A stretch of DNA of 64,000 nucleotides from Azolla caroliniana (Eukaryota; Plantae; Polypodiophyta), in the NCBI GenBank assembly GCA_043228905.1, contig JBHGNT010000006.1, positions 22,816,001 through 22,880,000 of the forward strand, in the 5' to 3' direction. Below the pieces are notes generated by a model. It was not told the origin of the DNA and searched no databases. It saw nothing but the letters and a program-made list of their open reading frames with translations. Below, in pieces: positions 37,641 to 49,640 of the stretch; position 1 is the first letter of the stretch; every line of letters starts with the position of its first letter. The translations under genes were made by a program, and so were the position numbers.

Positions 37641-39540
37641 ATTTTGAATTGAGATTATGTTGTTCTGCTCTTTCTGTCTCTCCCACGTATACTCTCTTTG
37701 TGTTTTGAAGCTTTCCCATTAAACCTGTGTATATTTTTTGCTAACATCTGGTGAAGTCAGATAGGCCTTCAAGCTTCCGCACACGTAATTCTTTACATTG
37801 TATCAGAGCACGAGGGTTGAGAATCCTTTGTTGCTGACAGAAAGCCTAAGCAGACCAAAGAAAACCTAACTTCTGGAAAAGAGAACGGACCAAAGAATTA
37901 ATGGACAGAGGGATGGCTAGCTCGTTACCGACGGAGAAGTTCGATAGAAGCAATTATGTATCTTGGTCTTACAAGAGTCACCAATACCTGCTCGGACATG
38001 GTTACTATAGCTATGTTGAGGGAGCCAATGAAGTATCGCCGGAGCCAACACACAAGGACTTCTTGCCATGGGAGGAAGGAGCGAGCAGAGTATTGTATTT
38101 CCTCGCATCCTGTGTGCATGACCAGATGCTCGGCTACATCAGGGATGCAAAAACGCGGGAAAAGCTTGGGAAAATCTGAAAAAGATTTTCACAACAAGCA
38201 GGATGACCCAGAAGTTACAGCTTTGACAAGAGCTCAACAACATATGACAACGAGATATGTCAATTATCGACTACACCACCACGATAAAGGAGATCTATGA
38301 CGCGCTTGGTTCCATCAACGTGGCGGTGGACGAAGACGAGATGGTCCATATCTGCCTCGGTGGTCTAGCACAACGGTACATGCCAATCCGAACAATGATT
38401 TGCACCCGAGGGAAACCACCGTTCTTCTGTGACCTACAATTGATGCTGATGATCGAAAAAAACTAGGCGAGTGGTTTGAGAACCAGTCAACCGGACAACC
38501 GGATGTTGTACATGGAGGCGGATCAGTCCCATGGACCTCGTGGACAAGGTGGCTTGGAACGTAATAACAGTGATCAGCAAGAGCAGAATTAGAGGCACGA
38601 AGATACTGTCGACAGTAGTTCCGAACCCTCCACAAGCAGGGGGAGTCAAAGCAGCACTGGAAACAAGCAAGGGAAGGCTGAAATGGAATGTTGGTACTGT
38701 GGCAAAAAGGGCCACCGGGAAAGAGAGTGCTGGAAGAAGCGCGTTGATTCGGAAAAATCCGGATTTGGCAAGATCGGACAAGGGAGCTAGCATAGCTTGC
38801 AATATGCTGAAGGATTAGAAGGATCCGAAACCAAAAAGACCAGAAAAGGCCCGGCCTTTGTGATGAAATATAAGACGAACTCAATGAAGAAGACCACTTC
38901 CGGATCAAAGGAAGTTTGGTATGTTGACTACGGAGCATCTAACCACACAACGAACCACGAAGAGGAGTTCTCGTATCTGGAAAAGTCGGAGCAACCGGGA
39001 GTTGTCGAAACCGGAGACGACACTCCTCACCTGATTGAGCATGTCGGAGAAGTTCCTTTAAGCCATGTCAGACAAAAGGGAAAGCTTATGAGCGTACTAC
39101 ATGTTCCGACAATTACGAAGAACCTGGTGTCGGTCGGACAGATCGTCGACCAAGGGATGCAGGTACGGTTTACGCATCTCAAATGCTTCATCGAGGAAGA
39201 AGGTTAGACCATCGCACAAGGGCGTCAGGATGGGACGATGTTTATCCTCAAGACTAATGACTTCGGCACTGCTCTATTCACCTAAGGACAAAAGTCGAGT
39301 CGGACATCGACTTACGACACAAGAGAATAGGCCACGTCAACTACTAGAGTCTTGAAGGCTTGCAAACGAAACAGGTTGTGTTCGGACTGCCGAAATTTAG
39401 TGGCTGGAAGGCCCAAATTTGTGACGCATGTTGGTTCGGGAAGCAACACCGGCTTCCATTCCCCACTGAAAGAAACCGGAGCCGTAACAACCTCAACTTG
39501 ATACATTCAGATGTATGGGAACCGACACAAAACGTTAGTC

Positions 39541-42500
39541 TAAAAATGCACCCGGAGGATCAGGAGAAAACCGCTTTCGTCACGGAATGGGGTGTTTTTG
39601 TAGCAGAAGTAATGATGTTCGGTCTAAAAATGGTGTCAGCTACGTTCCAACGCATCATCACCAAAATCTTTCATGACTACATCCCGGCGTTCATGCGACG
39701 ATTTCGCCGTGTATGGCCATCGACGGGAACACATGACTCAGTTACGACTCTGCCTGGACTGATGTCGCCAAGCTCGATTGAGCTTAAACCTGGCGAAATG
39801 CGTGTTCTTAGTCACCGGCGGCAACCTTCTCGGCCACATTGTCAGGCAAGAAGGCATCGCTATGGACCCGGATAAAGTAAAGGCAATCCTGACCGTCACC
39901 GCACCCTCGAACGCTAAGGCACTAAGCCGTTTTTTGGGACAGATCCGGTGGCACAGCCGAATGATACGGCACCTGGCTGATTTCGCGAAACCTTTACACG
40001 CGGCAGTCCATCGCCTTCCCTTCCAATGGACGTCAATCGAGGACACGACCTATCAGACCCTGAAATGAATGTTGTCACATGCCCCGATGGTCCAGTCTCC
40101 GGTTTGGTCCGAACCGTTTCATGTCTTCGTAGATTCTTCGGACATCGCCATCAGAAGTGCCTTGATGCAATGCACACCCCCGAATTGGTATAGGCCCGTA
40201 TACTACGCCAGCCGACGGCTCTCGACCGTGGAAAAGAATTACTCCACCACCGAGCGGGAGGCCCTCGGTATGATTTATAGCATCAATAAATTTCGGCATT
40301 ACCTCTTGGGCCGAAAATTTATCTTTCACGTGGATCACTCGGCCCTTCTTTATTTGGTTAATAAACAAGCCCTCACCGGACGGTTGGCTCGGTGGATGCT
40401 CCTACTACAAGAGTTTGATTTCCAGATCCAGCATCGACCCGGGGTGCAACATGTCGTCGCCGACTACTTGAGCCGTCTTGAGTCAGGGGAACCGGCGAAA
40501 ACAACATACGACGAGCTACCGGACGCCAGCCTATTTAACCTGACCACGATACCAGACGATAACGGAGATGAATGTATCATGGAGATGACCCATTTTCTCA
40601 CTACCGGTGTACCTCCCGAGCACATGACCCTTGACACAAGAAAACGCCTAGCAGTGCGTAGCCAGAATTTTTGCCTCGTCTCGGACATTCTCTACCACAA
40701 AGGCTCGGACGGCATATGGCGCCGAGCGATTCGGCAATTCGAGAAGAACGTCGTTCTTCAGGAAGCCCACCAGGGAGTAGCTGGGGGGCACTACGCCGGG
40801 GATTCCACGGCAAGGAAAGTTTGGCAAAGTGGATTGCGGTGGCCGACAACGAAGAAAGACGCTCACGAGTTTTGCCGGCACTGCGATTTGTGCCAACGAC
40901 TGGGGCAACCAATGTAACAGTCACGGATGCCACACCAGCCGATTCTTCCGTTGGACCCATTTCAAAAATGGGGTTTGGATTTTGTAGGCCCTTTCAAACC
41001 ACCCGCGGCCCGAACAGGGAATAGGTATATTATTGTTGCCACGGATTACTGCACCAAATGGGTCGAGGCTAAGGCACTCCGAGATAACACGGCGGCATCC
41101 ACGGCTAAATTCATGTACGAGCACCTCTGGTGCCGTTACGGATGCCCAATCGAGCTCATTAGTGATCAAGGTGGGCACTTCATCAATCATATAATACGTG
41201 AGCTTACACACCACTACGCACTGGTGCACAAGAAAAGCACACCATACTACCCGCAGGCGAACGGCTTGGCGGAATCGACCAATAAAATCCTCCAAACCAT
41301 ACTGAAGAAGATCATCAATGAAAACAGGACCGATTGGGATGACAAACTCTAGAGTGCGTTGTGGGCGTATCGTACGACTTTCAAAACAAGCATCCAATCA
41401 ACCCCCTTTCGAATGGCGTTCGGGTTAGAAGCCGTAATGCCCGTCGAGTTCCAAGTCCCGAGCCTCCGAGTTCAAATCAAAGCACGGATCCCCGAGGCCC
41501 AATCCGAGCAATACCGGCTGGAACAACTCCTCGAACTCGGCGAAGATAGGATAGAGAGTATGGCCCAGCTCGAACAACGCCAACGGCAACGCAAGGCTTT
41601 CGTGGATCGACATCGACACAGGCTGGAAAAGGAGCTCACCATCGGCAAACCGGTTCTTCTTTTTCAAACACGACTCGGGTCTATGCCGGGAAAATTAAGA
41701 TTTCGGTGGACCGGTCCATTCTGGATTATCGACGAGTTCAACAGGACGTTCCAGCTCGGCACACTCGCCGGCGACACTGTCAAAAGTTGGGCCAATGGTT
41801 TCCGACTTCGACCATATCGAGGCACTACACCACCCAACCCGTTTACTGAGCCACACGGCACAAACGAGTTTCGGGAGACCACCACGGAGGAGGCCACATG
41901 TCCCCCTGAATAAGGACTCACCCACCTTCTTGAAATTAATAAAAGTAGTAGTAGGTAGGATTAACCATAGTTTAGCCACTGATTAGCTACACCTACACCC
42001 AGATGCCCAAGGTGTGGCTACACCCAGTTTAGCTACACCGGTTACCTAAAGATCATCGATGCCCCCGCGCACCCAAATGCCCAAGGTGTGGCTAAACGTA
42101 TAAGTCCCGAAGCCATCACCAACAACGTGCTTCGGGCTGTTTTGGATCTGCAACGGGGAGGGGACCATGAGGTCGACATACCCCCGGCATCAAAGATGAA
42201 AGCGTATTTCGGTCCCAACAGGGAAGGCATATCACACGTATGGCGGTCCCAACAGGGCTTTCGGGGGAGATTGCTCGTATATTAATGGAGTATGCATTCG
42301 TGCATATGAACCCAACGAGCATGCCGCAGAACAAGGCAGCCATCATCATCGGCGCGTATGAAGGAAACAAGATTGATTGGGGAATCATCACAAGCGAAGG
42401 ACTCCGCGCCGCCTTAGCTTCATTTCAGTCCGGTAAGAAGATGTTGTCTGTTCTTACCCACTTTTTGATGGTTCGATACCCACCCTCTTCTCTTCCTTCC

Positions 42501-45500
42501 CCTCGCACACTCACGTCCCCACCACCACCACGAAGGCCGAAAGAGAAATTTGTTGCCATCAGCCACGAAGCATGGGAGGAGCCCACATCGCCTCCACCTC
42601 CTGCCGTTGACCAAAACCCCGCATCTGCACCACCACCCACTCAACCCCAACAAAAAAGGGCAGTTTCCGAGACCTGCCAAGAATGGGAGGAGGAGGTAGC
42701 CGCGGAAGATAACACGGCCGATGATGTCACCATTCGACAACCAACGTCGCGCCCCTCGGTAACTTCCCCAGAGCCTAGCCCATGCCCCAACACACAGCAG
42801 GTTGCACCACCACGACCCCAGAAAAGGAAGCAGGCGGAGGAAACAACACTACCGGCCCCGGCACCCCAAACACAGCCGAGCAAGAGAAGACGACTCAACC
42901 GCGAGTCCTCGGAAGAACAGAAAGAGCCACAACAGGAGCAAGCATTAGTTGTTAGACAGAGCAACCTGGCCATCATCCCTGAGGAGGCATCGCTGAACCA
43001 GGGAAAGATTGAGCATGGGCAAACAACGCAAATCTCGGAGGATGAAGTTCTCGGGTATAAGGACCTCCCCGCGGAGGCTTACGAATTTAGTGCGCTCCTA
43101 CGCCTCGGTACGACATTCGAGCTGGTCGACTTCCTCGCTAGAGCCCAAGTCGCGGCAGCCGCTCGAATGGCGAAAGAGCACGCCGAAACAAAAATGATTC
43201 AACGCACGTTAATAGGTGAAATTGAGCCCCAGGAGGACAGGGCTTTACAAAAAATCGGGAGAAAGAAGCAGGCAAAACAGGCCGCTCTCCTCATGGAGGT
43301 CCCCGAGTTGAACAGGGTCCTTATTGAGGCATATATGGACCTGGATCGCACTACGCGGGCAACCAAAGACATGGCCCGAAAGATAAAAATAAACCAAAAA
43401 CAGGCTAAGATGGCTATAGAATTATGGCACGCTGCGAAACAGAAGCTAGCAGCCTGGGAGCAAAACCAGCCGGAACAACAACTCTTGAGCCTTCCGGCCA
43501 TGACCACTGAGGCCCTCCCAGCCCCTCCACGCCTAACAATGATGGATGAAAGCACTGTCACAGATTCAATCCTGACGATGCAGGCCAGTACACAAACGGA
43601 CTCGTTACAAATGGTTGATGCCTGCACAACAACCGAGGTGGCCACGCCCATGGAGAAGACCGAGATACCACCCCCTCGTGCACCCAAGGAGGTGGCAACC
43701 CAAACAGAACCCCCGCTCCGGGATTACCGCGCGGAGCTTAAAGAAGAACAACGGCGAACCGAGAGACACGAACAATGGCATCAAGAGGCGATGGCTTGCC
43801 TAAAAGAAGAAGCTTCCAAGCAAATGGCCGAGATTAGAGCCCAGGCCGACCAAAGGATACACGAGCAGAACGAAGCACTGGGCCGGTACAAGCGCAAGCC
43901 GCGGGCAAAGAAGCCGAACTCAAAAACAAGCTGGAGGAATACGCAGCCACAGTGGCAAAGAAAGAGAAGGAGGTTCTAGACCTACAGGCCGCGCTCAACA
44001 ATGCGAAAGACTGAAACCATCGGCAGGAGGAAAGAAATCGCCAACGGGAGGAGAGAATGATCGCGGAGAATGCCGAGCTGCAGAGTCATCGTACGACCCT
44101 TAAAGAAATGGCTGACGAGTTTTTCATCAAATGCAAGCTACTTTCGGAGCAAAAAGACGAATTATCGGATTCCTACTTCGCCCTACAAGAAGAGAGAATC
44201 GTCGAACGGGAACAAGTCCGGGCCACGTGTCAAAAAGAACAGGAGCAAGCCACCGAAGAACTCACCAAGCGTTACGAGCAGGCTATCCATCTCGTAACCA
44301 CGGATGCAAAGAACACTCAAGCCATCTATGAACTACGAGCACAGAAGCTTCAGGCCGAGGTCGACGGCTTAAAACAGGAATTAGCAACCATCCGAGCATA
44401 GCCCGGCATGGATGAGACACGCATCAGAATACTGATCGAGAAACAGCATCAACACCTTACCAAAAAGGTCGAGGAAACATTAAGTCGCGCAGGAGACGAA
44501 TGGGCAGCCCAAGCTGCCAAATTGCATATTTTACGCGCCAACGCCGAGAACCGGCGGAAGGAGGGCCGCGGCTTCTACAAAATGGACGAAGCCAGCATAC
44601 AAAACCTGCGTGCAGATTTAACCGAGGATTACCAGTCCTTGGCAAAATCTCACACCGCGGCAATCGAGCAAATAATGGAGGACTTCAATGACGGTCAGAT
44701 GCTGTTTCGCTTGGAAGCAGAAGCCTTCGAACGAGAACGACTCACAGCCATCCCAACCAGCCCTCCAACGGCCACAGAGCAAAAGGAAGAACCTTCCAGC
44801 AAGGAGATCACGGACACGACACAGGAGGAACTTGCCCCAGCCAACAGACATCCTACGGACGCCCACACGGTACCAGATCCAGTCGAAGTAGAGATCAGCG
44901 CCCTCAAACCCACACCCCCACCAGAAGAATCGGTCGCACTTGAGGCGGACGCCCGAAAAGATATGACACCCCCGGACCAAACTCAACCCCCCGCACCGAC
45001 AGTCCAACCAGACCACCCTGCCATCACCCCGGACCCCGAAAACATCCTCGACATCTTAAAAGAGGAATGAAACGAGGATCACGCCTAAAAGGCAATTTTT
45101 GTAATATTGTTAGTATTTTGTAAGTCGTGGGTCCGACGGACAAGGTCCTGTCCCACGTGCATGTCAGGTGTTGTCCAGAGGACAGAAATGTAAAATTAGG
45201 AAATTAGCAAACGTCGAGTCCGAGTATCACGGGCCACCGACGGCTCGGCTGTGTATTAGGGGGAAAAGTTATTTAAATGAGGACCAGTACCTCAGAGTGG
45301 GGGGGAGAAGAAAAATATAGGCGGAAGCACTAGCTGAGTCCCTCGTAACTAGCTAATCTTGTAAGGTCACCGGCCGTAGGCCGTGTTCTGTAATCTCTTC
45401 TGTCGCAGTAATATATATGAATTGTGCCCAGTTTGCTCCATGTGTCTGTGCTTTGATTCATACCTATGATTTGAGCACCACCCACGCCTGTCCAGATCTC

Positions 45501-45627
45501 GTTAGTGTTTTCTCTCTGAGCACTGTCTCTCCCTCGACGCCTCTGTTACAAGCCTTCACGTACCACGCCCTTGAATACCGATAGCCGCAGATCTATCAAA
45601 GGTGTTCACCCCAAGGAATGGGTAACA
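39541..45627 (+). mobile_element. 5'-truncated Athila/Tat-like (non-chromovirus, no aRH) gypsy: RT-RH-INT 39541-41913, long extra ORF about 42040-45070, 3' LTR 45169-45627
   Basis: EDQEKTAFVTEWG, YYASR...NYSTTEREAL, RWMLLLQEFD, KWGLDFVGPF, SDQGGHF, YYPQANGLAE and RWTGPF motifs; LTR TGTTGT...GTAACA. Confidence 0.9.
42040..45070 (+). pseudogene. Extra ORF (about 1000 aa when joined) downstream of pol: conserved N-terminal domain, Pro-rich linker, long coiled-coil
   Basis: ORFs 42088-42285, 42240-43979, 44057-44401 and 44408-45070 are separated by frameshifts or stops; a homolog lies at 3110-2433. Confidence 0.75.
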
Positions 45628-46199
45628 ATTGAAGACTGGAAGCAACAGAAGTTGGATACAACTCCCCAATCAACCTTGACTATCATCGATCTAAGGTTAT
45701 GTTACGAGCATGACCATATAATATCCCGTGGTAAGAATTTACCGTAGTATTCTATACACGTGGATAAGTGTGAGGGTTAAATGAGAGTGTAAAGAAGGGG
45801 AGGATTACTTTTAATCCTCAGGATTGAGACAACCCATTAGGTCAAGTGTGAACATGCCTGGGGGCCTTGGGTATCGCTATAAATAAGAGGCCTAGCTACC
45901 CTCATTTGATCATCTTTTGACTACATCGAGACTCTGCTCGTGTGGTGGGTCAACTCTTGTAGCGAGCGCGCCAGCACCAGGTACGACTCGACGCCACGGC
46001 GGTGGTATGGGACGCCGATCGAGGCTCGAGTCCGTCTCGATCCCTTCGCTCGGGGGTGGTCGGGTGGATCGGCACCCTTCTTTCTCTTTCTCCTTTCTAT
46101 CTATATTTTCATTATCCTTATCTTAAGCTTACATTAGTACTATGATCTATAATAGGTTACGTGAACCGACAATGTCGGCTGTTCAGAGACGGCCAGTCG

Positions 46200-48605
46200 G
46201 CACAACTGAATCCGAGTCAGTCGACTCAGAGAGACCGACCGACTATGAGTCTGAGTCAGCAGAGTAGCTAAGGTCAATTGAAGAGTATGAGTTGGAGTCG
46301 TCCAACCTGGAGATGCCAATTGACGTGCAGGAACCCAAGCGATGAGAAGAGTTGGCAAAGACATCCGAAAGAGAGCCAACAACGAGTGGAAGGAGATACC
46401 CACTCAGAGAAAGGAAAGCACTGACAACACATGCCAGTCAATACATCCTCTTGCCTGATGAAGGTGAACTGGAGTGCTATGAAGAAGCCATTGTCGACGA
46501 GCATAGAGAGAAATGGCTGAGCGCGATGCAAGATGAGTTGGAATCCTTGCACGAGAATTACACCTACGACCTGGTAGAGCTGCCGAAAGGTAAGAGAGCA
46601 CTTAGGAATAAATGGGTCTACAAGGTGAAGACTGGAGAATCCGATAGTGAGCCTAGGTATAAAGCCCGCATAGTGGTGAAGGGTTTTCAACAGAAAATGG
46701 GCATCGACTTCGACGAAATATTCGCACCAGTCGTGAATATTACATCCATTCAAACTATTCTGAGTATAGTGGCCAGTATGGACCTGGAGATCCAACAGTT
46801 GGATGTCAAAACCACATTCTTACACGGGGAGCTAGAAGAAGAAATCTACATGCAGCAACCCAAAGGCTTTGAGGAGAAAGGGAAAGAGAACCTGGTGTGT
46901 CGACTAAAGAAAAGCTTGTACGGTCTGAAACAAGCTCCACACCAATGGTACAAGAAGTTCGAGTCCTTCATGATGGAACACCTGTTCCAGAGAACACATG
47001 CCGATCCCTGTGTGTTCGTCAAAAGGTACGAAGAAGGAGACTTCTTGATTATCTTGTTATATGTTGATGACATGTTGATAGTCGGTCAAGACACAAGGAA
47101 GATCGGAAGCTTGAAGAAAGCTCTAGGCAAGTCGTTTGCCATGAAAGACCTTGGACCGGCTAAACAGATCTTAGAAATGCATATAGTTCGAGACAGAACT
47201 CAAAAGGTGTTATGGTTGTCACGACTCACAACAAAAGTATATGACGAAGATCCTAGAAAGGTTTAACATGTCGGACGCAAAGCCGGTCGGCTCGATGTTG
47301 CCAACAAATTGCAGGTTGAATGCGAAGTAGTGCTCGAAAGGGGAGAAGGAGAAGGCCGAGATGAGGAAGGTACCATATGCCTCGGCCGTCGGCAGTCTAA
47401 TGTATGCTATGGTCTATACGAGACCAGACATAGCATTTGTTGTGGGAGCAGTAAGCCGATATTTGAGTAATCCAGGAAGAGAACACTAGGCAGCGGTGAA
47501 GTGGATACTTAGGTACTTAAAAGGCACCTCAGGGGTGTGTCTAGGGTATGGTGTCGGAAAACCTGTGCTGGAAGGTTTTACTGACTTGGACATGTCGGGA
47601 GATGTAGACTCAAGTCGATCCACGTCAGGGTACGTGATGACCTATGGAGGGGGAGCAGTGTCGTGGCAATCACGATTGCAAAAGTCTGTAGCCTTGTTGA
47701 CTACAGAGGCAGATTAGATGGCAGCGGTAGAGCTAATTTGGATGAGAAATTTTCTCAACGAGCTAGGGATGAAGCAGAAGGAGTTCTTGCTTCACGGTGA
47801 CAGCCAGAGTGCCATACATCTTGCCAAGAATGCTGCATATCACTCCCGGACCAAGCACATACAAAGAAGGTATCACTGGCTGTGGGAGAAAGTCGTAGAA
47901 GGGGAGAGTTTACACTTGTGAAGATCCACATGGATAACAATGGATCCAACATGCTCATGAAGAACCTACCTATGGACAGACTTAAAGTATGTCGACAGAA
48001 GACAGGATTGATTGACTCCCTCCCACAGGAGTGAAGGGGGAGTTTCTTGGGAATATGTCCCTCTAGTGGGAGGAACCGACTGTTCGGAAGTAGCCAACAG
48101 TCGAAGAGTCGAAGGAACCAACTATTCGGAAATAGCCGACAACCGATAGACGACAGTCGATGAGTCGACATAGAGAGTCAATTGTTTGAACAGATTATTA
48201 TTATTATTATAGTAATAATAATAGTAATGATATGTAGCAGTGGATACAATTGTAAATAGTCCATACGATGTATTAGTATAAATACATATAGGGCAAGCAT
48301 AGTAAAGTGTGACGACAACAGAAGTGTGCGAAAGTGAGATGCTAGCCAAGTAGAGAGAGAGAGAGCGGCGCCATAGCTATGTGCATAACAGCAGACGCCA
48401 AGAACCCTGTGAGGGTGATACACTCAGAAAGAGTGTTGTAATATCGCCCTTGTATATCCACTGTATAGTGAAGCTTACTCTCTCGTGGTTTTCTCCCGAT
48501 TTTTAGGGTTTCCATGTAAATCTCTGTGTATTGTGTCGTTGTGTGCCTGTGTAGTGTATTTTCAGCATCGTTTGATCTTGTGGTTTTATGAATCAATTCT
48601 CAACA
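46200..48605 (+). mobile_element. Tork/Tnt1-like copia 3' half: RT-RH, PPT 48029-48042, 3' LTR about 48045-48605
   Basis: RYKARIVVKGF, LLYVDDML, SRSTSGY and YHSRTKHI motifs; GAGTGAAGGGGGAG PPT; LTR ends TCAACA. Confidence 0.9.
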
Positions 48606-48624
48606 GATAACTCTTTCTTGTTTT

Positions 48625-49640
48625 TTTTCTATTCTTTCTTCTCCCAATCTAATCATGTATAGTCAATATGTTTTTTCTTTATTGATTCAATGATGTTGTA
48701 ATGGTAACAGATTGGTTGTGTAAAACATATTCATATGTGTATGAGATCAATACCTCATTTGACATATATTTGATATGTGATTCGTGTCGTATGCATACGA
48801 GGTTAATACCTCAATTGCGTATTACGTTCACATACATATGTTACATATGCGTATGAGATCAATACCTCGATTTCTAAGTAAATAATATGCTTTTGGTGTC
48901 ATATGCGTAAGAGGTCAATACCTCAATTGTGTATTACGATTAACCGTTATTTTTGGATGTTTCGTGTGTGTAGAGGCTATATGCCTTGATTACGTATCTC
49001 AAGATTACATCATTATTGGTTATTTGATGTTACAATTTTTTTAATGTATGCACATGTCGTCATGCATATATGTATTTGATCGTATATATGTGATAAATAT
49101 ACATATGTGTATATTAGTTATTACGTGATTTTTTTTCTGTGCTTTCTTCTCTCAATCTAATAATGTATAGCCAATATGTAATTTTTTTCATTGATTCAAT
49201 TATGTTGTAGTGGTATTAATTGATTGTATAAAACGTATACATATGTGAATGACATGAATACCTCATTTGACATATATTTGGTATGTGATTTGTGTCATAT
49301 GCATATGAGGTTAATACCTCAATTGCGTGTTATGCTCACATACATATGTTGTGTATGCGTATGAGGTCAATACCTCGATTTCTATGTAAATGATATGCGA
49401 TATTTCTCGTATGTGTAAGAGGTCAATACCTCAATTGCGTATTGCGTTCACCCTTATTTTAGATGTTTCGTGTGCGTAGAGGCTATATGCCTTGATTACG
49501 TATCTCGATTACATAATTCGTTAGCTATGTGATGTTACGATTTTTTTAACATATGCATATGTAATCACATGTATACGTATTTAATCTTATGCATGTGATA
49601 AACATAAATATGTGTATATTATTGTTTATTACGTGATTTT
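48625..49640. repeat. Tandem duplication with a period of about 508 bp, built from about 55-bp subunits carrying GAGGTCAATACCTC
   Basis: TTTCTTCTCYCAATCTAAT at about 48635 and 49143; the GAGRTYAATACCTC core recurs about 8 times. Confidence 0.85.

Larger units (their letters stand above)
28803..39540 (+). mobile_element. Outer copia: 5' LTR split into 28803-29066 and 37641-37797, mutated PBS 37798-37809, decayed gag-PR-INT start 37901-39540
   Basis: The LTR halves rejoin across the ATTTT TSD; TTGTATCAGAGC PBS; MDRGMASSLPTEKFDR gag, CCHC knuckle, WYVDYGASNH. Confidence 0.88.
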
